A DNA stretch of 64,000 bases from Eukaryota sp. TZLM1-RC (GCA_040285825.1 JAUPSS010000003.1:186001-250000), one strand, 5' to 3'; positions 11,621-24,800 are shown, numbered from the stretch's first letter. Made by a program: numbers and translations. Notes: generated from the letters alone by a model not told the origin.

Positions 11621-12518
11621 ACAGGATTACCATAAAATTGTTGTCCTTTTTATTTAATTATTCAATTAACTGTATTAAGTCTCTTTCTAATTTCAATTCA
11701 ATTTGTTCATTAATTTCACCCTTATTCAGTGAAGTGTATATGGTGATGTTGGCTATTGGCCCAATTAAACAATTGTCATCACAGATGGCTATTGCTATTG
11801 GTTAAATGCACTTCTGCCAACAGTTTTTTTATAGTTTGTGTGAATAATATGGTTTCACATCCATTTACACAATAGAATTTATGGGTAATGATAATTAAAA
11901 CAAATAAAGTTTATTTTTTTATTTAACCTATTCAAATTTTAACGAGAACTCTAGTACATCTTTTAACGATATTCTAAACCCAAAGATAGAATATATTCTT
12001 ATTTGATGAAATATTCTGTGAGTTGAAGAAAGAAGCCTGTACTCTTGTCAAATGCTGCCTAATCGACATATAGATTTTTGAATAGACCATTGCCAGTAAA
12101 ACATACCGTTATCCAAGTTCGTTATACACTAGAATGACAGTATTCAACTGGTGACCAGGCGTATCTGCAAAGTTATTATTCAAATCTCTCTTCGTATCCC
12201 AGCGTTTCTGCCCTTGTTCAACATCCCTAACGTTGTAACGACGTAAATCATAGACTCTTTGAATGTGTTGATTTATGTTCATCGCTGCCAGGAGAAGTTA
12301 AATGGTGCGGAATTGACCACTGAAATACAAACAAGTGAAGAAGAAGAGTGAGAGACTTCCGTAACAGTTCACAAGTCCGTATCAAGAGAAGAAATAGTGC
12401 AAGGAGTAAGAAAATGCATTTTGGGAAACAGTCAGGATGGGAATGGATAATTTGCACCTCGCAGTTGATTGTCCAATACATCACTGAAAAAGATTCATCC
12501 TATTATTGTATCGAATCC

Positions 12519-13715
12519 ATGCACAGAGATTCCCCCCAAAAAGCTATGGCTCGAGAACAGTTTCACAATCTCAGGTCTCTACTAAAACAACGATGTTTTG
12601 AATATTCAGACGATTCACAAAACATTGACCTGTGTACTCTAGAACAACTAGTAGACGATCTGCAACTTCCAATAGACGAGGCCAATATTGATCTGGTGAA
12701 ACAACACTGTTGCAATTCCAACACATTAATCAACCTTTCACTTCTCTTCTCAAGGCTTTCCTTTCGTCACAGAGCTGGAGAAGTCAGCTCAATCTGTTTC
12801 GTTCCTCCTCGTGACACCGTGGATGATTCTTCTCTACCGAAAGCTCGTCCCTCGACAGCTCCCCCACGAAGCGCATGCAGTTCATCTTCTACTCTTGATT
12901 TCTCTTTCAGCAGCTCTGTCCCAAAACCCTTTGCTGTCACTCTAAATAAGAATTCTCAGTCCTTGGTTGATCGAACTCTTGCTTGGGAAAAGATCTGTCT
13001 GTTCAAAAAACGATTAATGTGCTTTGATTGTTCAAAATCTGGAATTGTTCCAAGATCTTTGTTTTTTGAGGTATTAGCGACTGTTAAGGTAAAATTAGAT
13101 GGTGACTTGCTAAAGCGGGTTATTTCTGACTGTAGTATGACTGATGAGGGCCAAGAATCAATCAATTACAGATTGTTTTTCGAACTTTATCTCCCATCAC
13201 AAAATTCTATTTTTGATTTGGAGAAGCAAATATCGTTCTTAACTCCCTGGCTTTTTCCGAGCGGCTCCGCTGATGATCAATATAGGTCAGGCTTAATTAA
13301 CGAAAATTACAATCAGTGTCAGTGGAAATCACTTGTCAAAAGGCCAAAAACTGCTTGTATTTATGAACCCCCTTCAACTGTTTCAAAATCAATCGATTCC
13401 CAAGAACTTCTGAATGACAAGGTAAGTTATGCTAAAAGTAGTAATCCTTTGTTAACTTCTATTGAACTAGGAAAATCAAGGAATTTATTGTTCAATTTAC
13501 CTCGGGATATGGTTTATGGATCACCTTATCCAAAGAAAACAGAATCATTTGCTGACCTTGTTGCTAATCAATTCAGCATTGTGAATGCTCCTGTTAAACG
13601 TGTACAGAAATCTTTAAGCAAAACATTTGGTTATTCAAAAGCAAATAGGACCAGTCTACTGCGAGCCAAGTTTATCAAGAACAGAATTGACAAGGAAAAG
13701 AATAAATTCAGATGA
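12519..13715 (+). CDS. EF-hand protein with CFAP77-like C-terminus (ciliary)
   Basis: EF-hand-like segments FDCSKSGIVP and MTDEGQESINY. The segment NPLLTSIELGKSR..LP..MVYG resembles CFAP77. The first in-frame ATG is at 12519. Confidence 0.55.
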   Translation: MHRDSPQKAMAREQFHNLRSLLKQRCFEYSDDSQNIDLCTLEQLVDDLQLPIDEANIDLVKQHCCNSNTLINLSLLFSRLSFRHRAGEVSSICFVPPRDTVDDSSLPKARPSTAPPRSACSSSSTLDFSFSSSVPKPFAVTLNKNSQSLVDRTLAWEKICLFKKRLMCFDCSKSGIVPRSLFFEVLATVKVKLDGDLLKRVISDCSMTDEGQESINYRLFFELYLPSQNSIFDLEKQISFLTPWLFPSGSADDQYRSGLINENYNQCQWKSLVKRPKTACIYEPPSTVSKSIDSQELLNDKVSYAKSSNPLLTSIELGKSRNLLFNLPRDMVYGSPYPKKTESFADLVANQFSIVNAPVKRVQKSLSKTFGYSKANRTSLLRAKFIKNRIDKEKNKFR

Positions 13716-13944
13716 GGTTAGTGTTACTTTTATAAGTTTGGGAGGGTTTTTGTATTTTAAATATGTGTATTTTAAATTTTTGTTATTTCGTTTTTACCAT
13801 TTTTGTGTTCAACTTGAATTATTGAATATATAAATAGACGTATTGTCAACTGAAGTCCGTTCATTTAGACTGTTTACTGTCTTACATAATAAAGACGTCA
13901 CGGAAGTGATTAAACATAGACTGATTTGTGTAAATACCCAATCA

Positions 13945-14745
13945 AAAAAATCAGTCATCAGTTTCTTCACTGTTTGTAACCATTGTACCACGAAGATTTG
14001 GACTGTGTGCTACTAATGAAGCATTTGTAACAAAAATGAGATTATATTTGAATATCCCCATTAATCAATTGTTATCAAAAGAAAAATGTATTTGTTCGAG
14101 TTCACCTCAACTCACTTTGCATCATGCTCTGAATTGTTCGAAATTGATAACTTATTGTTCTTCATTACATGATGCTGTTAGAGACACTGTTTTTAATATG
14201 ACACGAACTACAAGAATCTCGTGTATCAAAGGGCCCCTGCTGAAGAAGCACTGTCATTGAATAATTTGGTTCTGATGACAGAGGTGATGTATACTGTGAT
14301 TGGATTGAGAACTCTGAAGCTATTTTTGACTTTGTCTCATGTAATGTTGCAAATGACACTTTGGTTCAAAGAAGAAAACTTAATCCTGTAAGTGCTCTTG
14401 AATTTAAAGCTAAAGAAAAACATAGAAAATATGACAAAGATATCGAAGAAGCTAATGCTGATAGAAATAGACCTCTTGTTTTTATTGCTTTCCCATTTTC
14501 GATAAACGGAAGACTATCAGTAGAAGCAGGAACTTTTTTGAATGATTTCCAAAAAATGGTTCAACAAAAAACAATGAAAAGATTTGATATTTTTTATGGC
14601 GTTCTCGAATTCAATTTGCCATTATTAATAGATTGCCTCGGTTTTTCAATCGAATTAGAGAAGCTTTAGCTAGACAGCAAGCAGATCAAGATTTTGTAGA
14701 GGAAGTTTTGGTTACATGAATTTCGTCCCATTAGTTATGAGTTTA
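13945..14745 (+). mobile_element. Non-LTR family A 3' fragment
   Basis: Highly similar to 5250-6045 and frameshifted. Confidence 0.85.
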
Positions 14746-15083
14746 TTTTGTTAATTATGGAAGTTCAATAAATTAATTTTACGTAAATACCCTAAAGATT
14801 GCCTAATCACAAAAATACCAAGATTCACAAAAAACATAATTGAATGAATAATTTTGAACAATTATTGGTTGTGCAAAAGTTTGAAGTCCATATGTAGAAT
14901 GGATGCTTTTTACAAGGTTTGGGTCTTTAGACTTCGATTGGATATCTATAGACCATGTTGGATCAAAAACCTTACTTTTGCGTGCAATAAGTTCAAGTTA
15001 GCGTTGTTTCTGCTTTTGTTGAAGCACATGCGGTTTAAACACAAAAAGAAGCTCAATAAAATACACTTTACTATCAATAAATA

Positions 15084-15575
15084 ATGCCTGCTAGGACACC
15101 ATCTCCTTCCCTCTCTGACGAAGAACCTTCCACTCCTCGCTCAACTATTTCTGAGTTCGCCAGTGATCTTGGTGGAACTCTTGGCTTTTCTATTATAGCT
15201 ACACTGGCTGATGGAATTCTGTATGCAATACTTCTCACCATGACGGAGCAAATCACATTCTCAGCTGCTGTGGCCTCTATCCTTGGCGGTATAATACATT
15301 ACTCATGTTGTCGCATGTTTGTTTATGCTCGTTACAAAGAAAGTGTCAATCCTATGTATTCACTAGTTATGTACTTCCTTGTATCCTGGATAGGAGCAGG
15401 GTTACACTCTCTCTTTGTTACTTTTCTTTTTAGATATCTATCTTCTTTTACTTCTTGGTTTATTAGCAAGATTGTCATTTTCTTGTGTTATACCTTTCCT
15501 CTTTCAAAGTTTGTTGTGTTTTCTGGTGGTAAACCAGTGTCAAACAATAGTGATAGGGGATTAGTATCTGTGTGA
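15084..15575 (+). CDS. GtrA-like four-TM membrane protein
   Basis: Four hydrophobic helices with GtrA-type motifs (IATLAD, HYSCCRMFVY, FPLSKFVVF). Confidence 0.7.
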   Translation: MPARTPSPSLSDEEPSTPRSTISEFASDLGGTLGFSIIATLADGILYAILLTMTEQITFSAAVASILGGIIHYSCCRMFVYARYKESVNPMYSLVMYFLVSWIGAGLHSLFVTFLFRYLSSFTSWFISKIVIFLCYTFPLSKFVVFSGGKPVSNNSDRGLVSV

Positions 15576-15709
15576 GTCTTTGTAATGTGTTTTGGTATTT
15601 TGAATGTAAAGATTATTAAGTCATGGACTATGATGTTTTTGTAGAAATTATTTATTCAACAAATATTTAATAGATTTAAACCAATTTATAATACAAATAT
15701 ATACAAAAA

Positions 15710-16363
15710 TTAATGAGGAATTATACAAGAAGCTGGTAAGGAGTAATGAGCATAGTCAACAAATTGCTGATCACAGATGTTCAAGGGGTCAATTCTATCA
15801 ACAATTGTGGAGCTTGAATAAACTTCAAGAGGACTACTTGATGTTAATAACAGAGATGAAGCCCCATTCTGAGAAGACAGCTGCTCACACTTGGATATGG
15901 AAACAACATAGAATGGTGCAATGATGGTAGATTTAGTGGTGGCATATGCATTATCGTTAGTGGAACGTCGGCGTTGCAAAAGACATCGCAAAAGAACTTC
16001 ACGATTGCACAGTGACCGCAGTCGCTCCTGTTTTGAACTAATACGTTGTTTCATCTCATTAAGTTGCTGCGAAGATGATGAAGAAGAAGTACGTCCAGTG
16101 ACAGAACGTTCCACCTGATACATGTCATCAAAACCATTCCAGCTTATTTCTTTGTTGTTAACCTCAATTACCTTAAGGGAGCGCAGAACATTTAAAGCGT
16201 CATAAACCCTTCGTCGTGTATTCTGAGATGAAGACCCTTTGTCTAAAGTATCCTTCACAAGTTCATCAGCCACCTCATTATATGTTGTTTTCTGTTTGAT
16301 GCGTACGGTTTCTGCAACAATTTTAGCAATATCTCTGAGACTGGATTTGTCCTTACAACCCAT
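15710..16363 (-). CDS. TFDP: Transcription factor DP (E2F partner)
   Basis: TTYNEVADELV and RRRVYDALNVL winged-helix motifs followed by the DP coiled coil. Confidence 0.92.
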   Translation of the reverse strand: MGCKDKSSLRDIAKIVAETVRIKQKTTYNEVADELVKDTLDKGSSSQNTRRRVYDALNVLRSLKVIEVNNKEISWNGFDDMYQVERSVTGRTSSSSSSQQLNEMKQRISSKQERLRSLCNREVLLRCLLQRRRSTNDNAYATTKSTIIAPFYVVSISKCEQLSSQNGASSLLLTSSSPLEVYSSSTIVDRIDPLNICDQQFVDYAHYSLPASCIIPH

Positions 16364-16531
16364 AGGAATAGTGGATATGTTCAGTGAGTAAGGAGAAGAG
16401 CTGTCAAAAGAGTTGTTAGAGTATATTGTCTGTGGTTTTCATTTGAAATGCATACCTGTGAATTTCATCTCAAATAGATATCACTCCCTCTTTCACATTC
16501 ACCTCACATTTCATTCACTTTCATAAATATT

Positions 16532-17308
16532 ATGTCTTTAGTTGCATCTGGTACACCCAATTCCGTACAAATCCAACTTTATTACTATCTAGTATTTGGA
16601 GCTCGACGTTTTGGTGCTACTACCATCGGTCTTCCAGTCTGTGAATTACTCTCTTCTCTCTTCACTGAACATTTTGCAGCGGAAGCTAAGAAGAATAAAA
16701 AAGTTGTACATCCTGACACCACTCTCGAAGTAGCCTACAAGCTTACCGGAAATTTTGGTTCTAGAACTGTTGCCTGTCTACAGAATTGGCTTTCTTCAAA
16801 TTCTGGTGGTAATGCTCCTGCTTTCTCTGTTCAGGTCCGTCCCCAGCAAGAGATTAATGTTAAGTTTTACGACGCTTGGTTGAAGGACAAAGAGAAGAAA
16901 GAGATAGAAACTATAACGATAGAACAATTGAAATCACACCCAGCCAATTCAAAGGTGGTACTTGCTGACCACCTGTGGAACACTTGGTTGGAGATAATCA
17001 ACGAGGGAAAGGGAAGCATCACCAGGATTCCTGAGTCCATCATACCCTTCCTGGGTGATGCAAAAAACAATCTGTTTTCGGTTGAATTGGCTGAACAGGT
17101 AGCTCAATATTCAGCCGCTCAATTATTCAAGATTAGAGAACAAGTACTTGAATTACTTGATGTACTTGAGTCTACTTTTCTCAAGAAGTTAAATTGTTTT
17201 GTTATCAGCTTGGGTAAAAGAACTAGTTCAGAAGCTGCCTTATCCAGTGACGTAAATGAAGCTTTCAAAAGAGTGGCTGCTGCGGAAGACACTCAGCATA
17301 CTGATTAA
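16532..17308 (+). CDS. Unknown 258-aa protein, probably transposon cargo
   Basis: Intact ORF with a TCACTTT motif upstream, located inside the putative TIR element. No family recognised. Confidence 0.6.
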   Translation: MSLVASGTPNSVQIQLYYYLVFGARRFGATTIGLPVCELLSSLFTEHFAAEAKKNKKVVHPDTTLEVAYKLTGNFGSRTVACLQNWLSSNSGGNAPAFSVQVRPQQEINVKFYDAWLKDKEKKEIETITIEQLKSHPANSKVVLADHLWNTWLEIINEGKGSITRIPESIIPFLGDAKNNLFSVELAEQVAQYSAAQLFKIREQVLELLDVLESTFLKKLNCFVISLGKRTSSEAALSSDVNEAFKRVAAAEDTQHTD

Positions 17309-17352
17309 TAGTAGTACAATAGTATTGGTTTTTTGAAGATAAAAGTTCTTTT

Positions 17353-17432
17353 TTTTATTTTCAATACAAAATCAATTAAAAGTGTTTTATTTTCAATACA
17401 AAATCAATTAAAAGTGTTTTATTTTTAATACA
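17353..17432. repeat. 32-bp tandem repeat, ~2.5 copies
   Basis: TTTTATTTTCAATACAAAATCAATTAAAAGTG is repeated between convergent ORFs. Confidence 0.9.
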
Positions 17433-17451
17433 TTTTTAATCAAAACTTTAT

Positions 17452-18071
17452 TCAATCCAAATGATCTTTGAAAAAGTTTGCCTTTATACCATGCAAGTAT
17501 GGTGATCTGAATGGGCAAAAATCCTTCCAGCCACTATGGTCAAATAAATTGCTGCAATTAAAATTCATTGTACGTAATAGCTGCTGTGAAAGATTCACAC
17601 CTTGCAGTGGGCTGTGTAACGAATTGTCTCTGACTTTTCTTCTAAGCAGACCAAAAAACGCTTCTATTGGGTTACAATCAGGAGAATACGGTGGTAAAAT
17701 CAAATATTTTAAGCCAGCCAATTTTACAGCCCTGAAAATGTATGCACTTTTATGAATATTAGGAGAGGTTGTTCTTTCACAAGTTGGAGGATAAATGAGG
17801 ACTCTGTTTCGTTTAGTTTGTGACGAGATGAAGGAGTTTGGAAGAGATTGCGTGATGTAGGATTGGGAGTAGATTCAGAACTAGGAAATACTTGGCGTAA
17901 CCAAGTCGATACCGTAGATTGTGCAACGCAGTAGTATTCAGCAACGTCTTGTTGTGTTTTCTCAAGGAAGACTAAGGTGTACACCGCACGAATCTTTGTG
18001 TCTTCGCTAGCGTGTACTTTGAGGCGCCTAAGATCATTACCAGACAACAATAAGTCGATAGTGGCCCCCAT
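17452..18071 (-). pseudogene. IS630/Tc1/mariner DDE transposase, internally deleted
   Basis: An N-terminal HTH (TQQDVAEYYCVAQSTVSTWLR) is joined out of frame to IHK..LPPYSPDCNPIE. The first two catalytic Asp regions are missing. Confidence 0.85.
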
Positions 18072-18308
18072 AGAAGTGAATAAAGGACAGTAAAAAGAAG
18101 ATGTGAGAAATTTATGAAGTGAGAATTAAAATTCACCTATTATTGACCACAGGTGAATCACACAGACTTTCTTCAAACATCATTCAAACTTAATCCAAGA
18201 ACTTACATTCTTGGTGAGATCGTCGACAGACGTTCTAGATTCCTCGAATAATTGGCCCCTAATCTCAGTGAGCCCATTTCTCCTCTAAAACAATACGTAG
18301 CTTTGATG

Positions 18309-20125
18309 CTAGTTTCTTTGTGGACTCTGGAACGCTTCTGGTCTTGTTCCATAGTAGTGCTCACTAATTGCAATTTCTAGATGATTTAGTGATGCAGAAA
18401 TGTCTCTAGACCATACTTGATTACATTCCGGACCACTGAAATAGGCGTTGTGAACTTTAACTTCACCATCAACTTCTCAATAGATCTTTTGGTGTAGCAA
18501 CTTGCAGCAGTTCACATTTGCAGATGTCATATATTCATCTCCGATCTTCACGTTAGCAAATGAACATTGTAACAACTTGAGAAACGCCTTGCGTGGTGTT
18601 TTCACTTTTTGACGTGATGTACCACCACCTTCATTACCAAACCACACCTTTACCTCTCGACCGTTTGCAAATTTTCTCACTTTGTTGATAATGGAGCTTA
18701 ATCTTTTTTGTTTTCTTATAAAGAAGTCAAATGTGTTTCTCCTCAATGCTTTTCCAGCACTCAGATATAATTGCTGTTTTAGCAATGATCGTCTTACGTT
18801 ATTACCTTCATAGTCCTTATAGTCACCGATAGTTGATATTTCAAGCAGATAATGGTTCTATTTCTGCACGTCATAAACATCTATTGATGAGTGGGTCAGT
18901 GAAGCGGAGTGATTGATTTTTCGTTGCTTTGGTGCCAAAAAGATATTGGATACGGTCGGCCCTGAACGTGTTCCAATGGAACCACATAGATTTGAGTGGT
19001 TGGGGTCGATGGCCTAGAACACCATTTCCGTTTCGTCATCAGGTGCCTGCCACTCAGTAGCTTTTGGTTTCTGACGAGGTCTTGGCCGTTCAACCTTGGC
19101 TTGCAAGGCATGTTTTCTATTCCGAGTGGTTTCGTAGTAGTCAAGTTCTCCTCTGGATCTCTTATCAGCCAAGGCTTCTCCGGACAATCTCACTTGTGTT
19201 GTTTTGGGGTGCGGTTTGAAAGTTATACGGACACTATCACCATTAGAAGACATGGTGTAGTCATTAGCTTTTGTTTTAAAAAATTAATAGGGGTTTTTCA
19301 AAATTGTTTGTGATGTGTTTCTGGAGATAAAGTGGTTGAGAACCCATGTGGAAAAGGGGACAAAAATAGGCTTCAAACTAGCGATGGGGGTGAGTCTATG
19401 TCGTCTAAAGGTATGTGCAAAGGCTTGCTCCAGGTGGTTTTGGATTGTTAAGCCGCAACGAAAGATGAAGGTACCATTCTCTTGATTAAGGGTTACTCTT
19501 CGACAAGATAGAAGAGTGTTGTACCTTTGAAGATCACCAACCAAAAAGTTAATCAGAGTAAGAGCCATGGTATGGTGTGTGTTGAGCCAAGAATGAAGAG
19601 GTTCACGAAAGTTCGTGCTTTTGTAAAGAACAGAGCCAGCATAAGTGGCTGGTGCAGGGCATTTATAAACTACTGCATACGAGCGGAAGAAGTTAAGTTT
19701 CCACGACACAAGTCCATCAGCAAGAAGCTGCTGGTAGTTTTTTGCAGCTGGCGGCACTTTGCATCCACTAGTTGTTGTAGAGGCCTACTAGTGGGTAGTG
19801 CATGATTACGACCTGTTCTTGACAAGAACAAGACAGCAAAAGGCCATAATGTAGAAATTCGCTCAAGCTTCTGATACACATGGCCTTTGCCAGCTCTGTT
19901 GAATCGATGTCTGACTTTTGGTTTACAGAGCGCCACAAAGTCAAGACACTGAATCCACAATTGATGCTGAGTCAGAAAATGACTGTCTTCGGGGAAGCGC
20001 ACAGCAAAAACTCTGGCCAGCAAACTGCCGAGGTGAGCCATGGTGGTCACCTTGGTCAGCTGTCCATCAATATAATCACACACTGGCCGCTCAAAGAACT
20101 GATGAAGGGAACAGGCACGTTCCAT
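18309..20125 (-). pseudogene. Near full-length Fanzor/TnpB family A (divergent member), element F4
   Basis: RuvC-I VF*AIDPNHSNL (~19010), GDEYMTSANVNCCK, and PECNQVWSRDISASLN. Homologous to F3, F5 and F6. Confidence 0.82.
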
Positions 20126-21738
20126 GACTGCATAGACCTTACAGAAAACGGAAAAGTTAAATGATATTGAACAGTTTTGAAATTTCTTTTCAAGTTGATG
20201 CTTTACTATCAATAACTGGAACTTGTGCCTTTTGGAGGTGATGAGAGCGCACGTAAATATTCAGCGCCTTTTTTAGAGCAAGATGGTTCTCCAACAACAA
20301 CAAAAATAAAGCCACACCCTCATCAACATTCGGTTTTCAGATAAAATCATTGATTAATCCATTATCTACACTTGTTCAGAATTGAGTTCCCGCTGACCAA
20401 TCAACTTTCACAATGACTGCTGCGACAACTGCGCTAAGTAAGCGCCCCATCATAAAATTTTCATGGTCAGAAGAGTTATCTCACGCCAAAAATTGACATT
20501 TAAATTTTCAATATCTAATACTGGAAAAAAATAGATCATAAACTTTGGAGCATCAATATAAGTTACCATTGTTGGCTTGATAAACAAATACAAAATGTAC
20601 AAAAACGTTAAGTTTATCAAACTTTAATTGGCCAGCAACATTATGACAAAGATCTTGGGATCAGCAAAGCCACTTTAAACTTTACGCTTAGTGGCGTAAT
20701 ACAATTAGACCATGTTAAACATATCCTAGCGGCTATTTCAAGCATTAATATGCTACTTATCAAAAGTTGCATGCTGCATCACCTAAAATTATTGAATGAA
20801 AGCCTCTTCATTCAAAGTGATGAGAAACATCTTACACATTTGTAACTTGAGGCTGAACTCGGTCATTAATTTTCCCAAGTGTTAAATAGGTCAACGTTCC
20901 AAAATGTTGGTTACACACATACAGTGTTCTGGTTGTTCGATTATTCTAGACTGCAACAATGACTAGAAAACTTTTCTTCTTACACTGAAAGAGTTCGCAA
21001 AAACTTTTACCATAAAGCCACATGCTGAAAAGATTAATTGTACCCCAATGGGCATTAACTTCTATGATAAAGGCTTCCACGTTAGAATACCACCTCGAAA
21101 GTAGCATCTGTGAAAAGCAAAAGGTGGCTGAACAAATTTTCGACGAATTGCTTGAATTTGTTTTATCTGTTCCATTGAACGATGAGTTCAGTTCTACAGT
21201 GAGTAGTCATCTAGCTCGATGACATCATTATTGTAGGCAGCACCGCCAACAAGTTCTACGATGGTCTTAAACATGTGCTCAAACATTCACGAACACATAG
21301 AGTTAGTCTTGGTCTGGCCAAGCATCATTTTATAACTTCAAAATGAGAAAGCAGTTTCCAAAACAAGACTAGAACGATTGAATTTTAGGTGAATTTTTCA
21401 AGAGGAAAGACAGTGACAAACGCCCAAAGCCTCATTAGCTCAATCAACTTTATTGAAAAATGGCTTCCTCAAGTAACTGAACATGTTACACCAGTAATCA
21501 AATTGACCCAATAGTAAACCCTGTCGATTGCAGTGGACAGACACTCACGACTTTCACCTAGTAATCATTAAACGCCTAAAAGTTGAGCAGATGTCCCTGA
21601 ACTTTTCTGCTGAATAGAAGCAAATTTTAGTAAGTTGTGATGCTTTTGACGCTGCTATTTCAACATAAATTTTGAAGAAATCGAATACGTTGAGGATCTT
21701 AATACAACAATGTTTGATATGAAATAAAGAACAATCTA

Positions 21739-21821
21739 TGTTGGCGCCCTTAGGCGTTTATAATATGAATAGAAAATAAATCATCTTTACCTTAACCCCA
21801 CTTTTCCAACCTACGGCATCG
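21739..21821 (+). repeat. 5' LTR of copy 1
   Basis: TGTTGGCGCC...GGCATCG, with about 4 differences from the 3' LTR. Confidence 0.92.
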
Positions 21822-24800
21822 ATAATTATTGGCCATTTAGATTATAGGTATACCATTTTGACAACACACAGCCTTTTTACAGAGGATATCTTTAGCAGAT
21901 ATTATGTCAGTTCCTCCCAGCCAGAGCACTGACTTCTTTAAATTTAACATGCAGGAACACGACAGAGAGGCTTTTAGCATACATACATCAACAGCAGAAG
22001 TAGTAAAAACGAATATAGATGAGAACTCGGGCTTGAGGCCACCCTCCGCCCCTCCTCAAAGTAAACCCATGGAATCAGGCACGGAACCACCTCCCCCTCT
22101 TCCAAGTCCGAAATAATGGAACCAGGCTCAGAACCACCTCCCGCCTCTTCAGAGTCCAATAAGCCACAAAAGGTTTCAGGAACGGGACCACCCCCCTCCT
22201 CACCTAAAAACACAGATGTTGGGTCAAGTTCAGAAACTTCGTCTGTCCTGAAAGATTACGAAAAACTTCAATCCGTCTTAGACGAATTGGACGACGAAGA
22301 GAAAGAACTTCGCCAACAAATAATGAAGGATGCAAAGGCTCACCTCGAAACCACGGATTACTGCTTGTTCGAGCAGCTCCCCCCTTTTTGGAAACAAACT
22401 ACAAAATATGGAGAAAACGTGAGATTCCAGACTCTGGGCCATAAAGGAGACCCTATTAGAGTCTACAAGTTCCCTCAAAGCGAGAAAAAAGAGTTAATTA
22501 ATGCATTGGGCACTCTGAATAGGGACACCTACGGATGTGGCGCAGAACGCCGTCCTAGGATAACCGACATGGACAAAGAGATCCATGAAATCCTGGCTGA
22601 ACCAATCAACAATAGACCTGATTGGGAAGCCATTTACTTGGATCAATTCGGGAGAAAGATTAGTTTCTTGGCTATCAAACAAAGGAGCAGAACCGATACC
22701 GACGACATCCTGGAAACAAAATTGCCGGCATGGATAAACTCGTATTTTGATACGATCATCCGTAACTACTCAGAGGTAACGGACGGGGCTCCTACTTGTT
22801 TCAGAGAATATAAGGAACAAGTAGAGGGCATAAATCCAAGCGAATTGGAACCCGTCAGCGACTTTTTGACGCGGACGCTGTTAATAGTATACTTACGGAA
22901 CGCTCAAACGTCTTCACATTTAGGAGCCGTCCCAACAACTTTATTCAACAATTGGGGGAATCTACCACAAGCAAAAAGAAGTTTAGATTCATGGTTACGG
23001 GCGACCAATCAACGGAGCTCCACCAAAGACTTAAGCTTCCAGTAAATGCCCTTATAATATCAGAGAAAGAGCAACCAGTACAAGTCTGTTCCATCGATGT
23101 ACTCCCTGATCACATTCCAACAGTTGATGTGACAGAACGAGTAAACAGACCTACCAGGGTGGTTGAGGAACCATAAACTTCCTCCCAACCTATGCTTAGC
23201 AATGTATCAGAAAACGAAGTCGAGTTGAGCGGGCCTGGTTTAGATGAAACACCTCCCCCTCAACCCCCTCGTAGAAGAATTTTTTCTGAGGAGCCTTTCC
23301 GTTTAGAAAACCTCCAATCTTCAAGGAATATATTGGACATGAGTATAGAGAGTAGTCTTCAGAGACATGTAGACTCTCGACCTAGGTCAGCAGAATACAA
23401 AGCTCCTCACCTATCCGAGAAGGATCCACTCAACAAAATGTCTCTCGTCTGCTTCCTACTAAAGTTTCAAACATGGGATAAATACGGGATAGTCAATAGA
23501 CGCTTCCAAGCCCCTGGTGAATCTGACTGGTCTCGTGCTATTTTGATAGCAACCCAAATATTTGGCGAAAGAAAGGCCCAGATTACCCCTGAGCTCATCG
23601 CATCTCTCCCATCTCACATCAGAGAAGAAATTGATAGGGACATGAAGTAGCCACTTTTAAGAATCGACCCAGCACTGACGAAACGTCTGGGACCCCCTAT
23701 TCATCATTACGACTTATTTAGAAGTATGATGATAAGTACTTGCCCGTCCGGCTTATCAAGCATGATTGACCCCCATCTCATCTCTAGATGGCAAGGCCAA
23801 GGACTTTTGAGACCGGACTTCTCCGATGCAGATCTAATGGTCTTTCTGCTACGCAGGACCCAATTTACCTCTTATCATGAGGCTTGCTCCGCTCTAGCAA
23901 AACCTTACATAAATTGGAGAAACATCCACAACAAAATGAATGCTGACAATGAATTTGGTATGTTCGTCGAAGATTTTGGAGACGTCTTGAGGATGGCCAC
24001 TTACATGGTTGATCCCTCTCTATCTGCATCGATTAGGGGAAGCAGCGGTTCAATAACCCTCTCACCCGCCCTCATTGCAGAATACTTCCTCTTGGGCATC
24101 GATAATTTTGTCATTACCAAGGAACTATCAAGCCATTAGACAAGAGAAGACCTCTGCAATTTTTCAGCAGGTACAACTTTATTAGACCTGATTTTGACCA
24201 CCAGAAGACACTTTTTAGCTTAATGCCAAACAAGGGGAAACAGGCACACCATTGAGCTGCTAAGGAAACAAGCTAAGAGAGAAGCATACATCCCATTAGG
24301 CCTCTCGACCATGAGAACTTACTCTAGGGGAGCAATTCCATCTGGTGCAGGTTCTAAGCGTCGCTCGGGAGGCGGAACCAAAGGAACTCCCCAAACCAAA
24401 TACGTCCCAGAAAGACACGAACAGGAAAAATCTAAGTTTTGTACATTCTGCAACGTCACCGAAGGATCAAGTGTGATTAGGCCGAGGTGCCCGAGGTAGA
24501 CGTGTAATTAGGTTAAGAGGTAGGGGCCGAGGTGGCCATTTCAGAGGACATAAAGGCAAAGGTCAGTATAGACCTATTTATTACATAAATACACAAGAGG
24601 AAACATCATCAACAACATCCCCCCTGAGAACGAGTCAGCTAGTTCGAGCATGACCTCTCACAGACGGATCGACCGTTTCAGCAACAGGGTCAGAAATACA
24701 GGTAACTTTCCCAATCGGAAACAAATCAACGCAATCAATTACAATCAATCAATTGCCGATTTCGGAAAACCAGTCAACAACTCCACAACAGCTCAACAAT

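Larger units (their letters stand above)
16455..18153. mobile_element. IS630/Tc1-like DNA transposon with two convergent ORFs
   Basis: Ends are TA|CCTGTG and CACAGG|TG (short imperfect TIR, TA-like target). It contains a transposase remnant and a 258-aa ORF. Confidence 0.6.

Noticed and set aside
21742-21749. TGGCGCCC as the primer-binding site
   Set aside because: It lies inside both LTRs as delimited by the TSD and PPT, not downstream of the 5' LTR.
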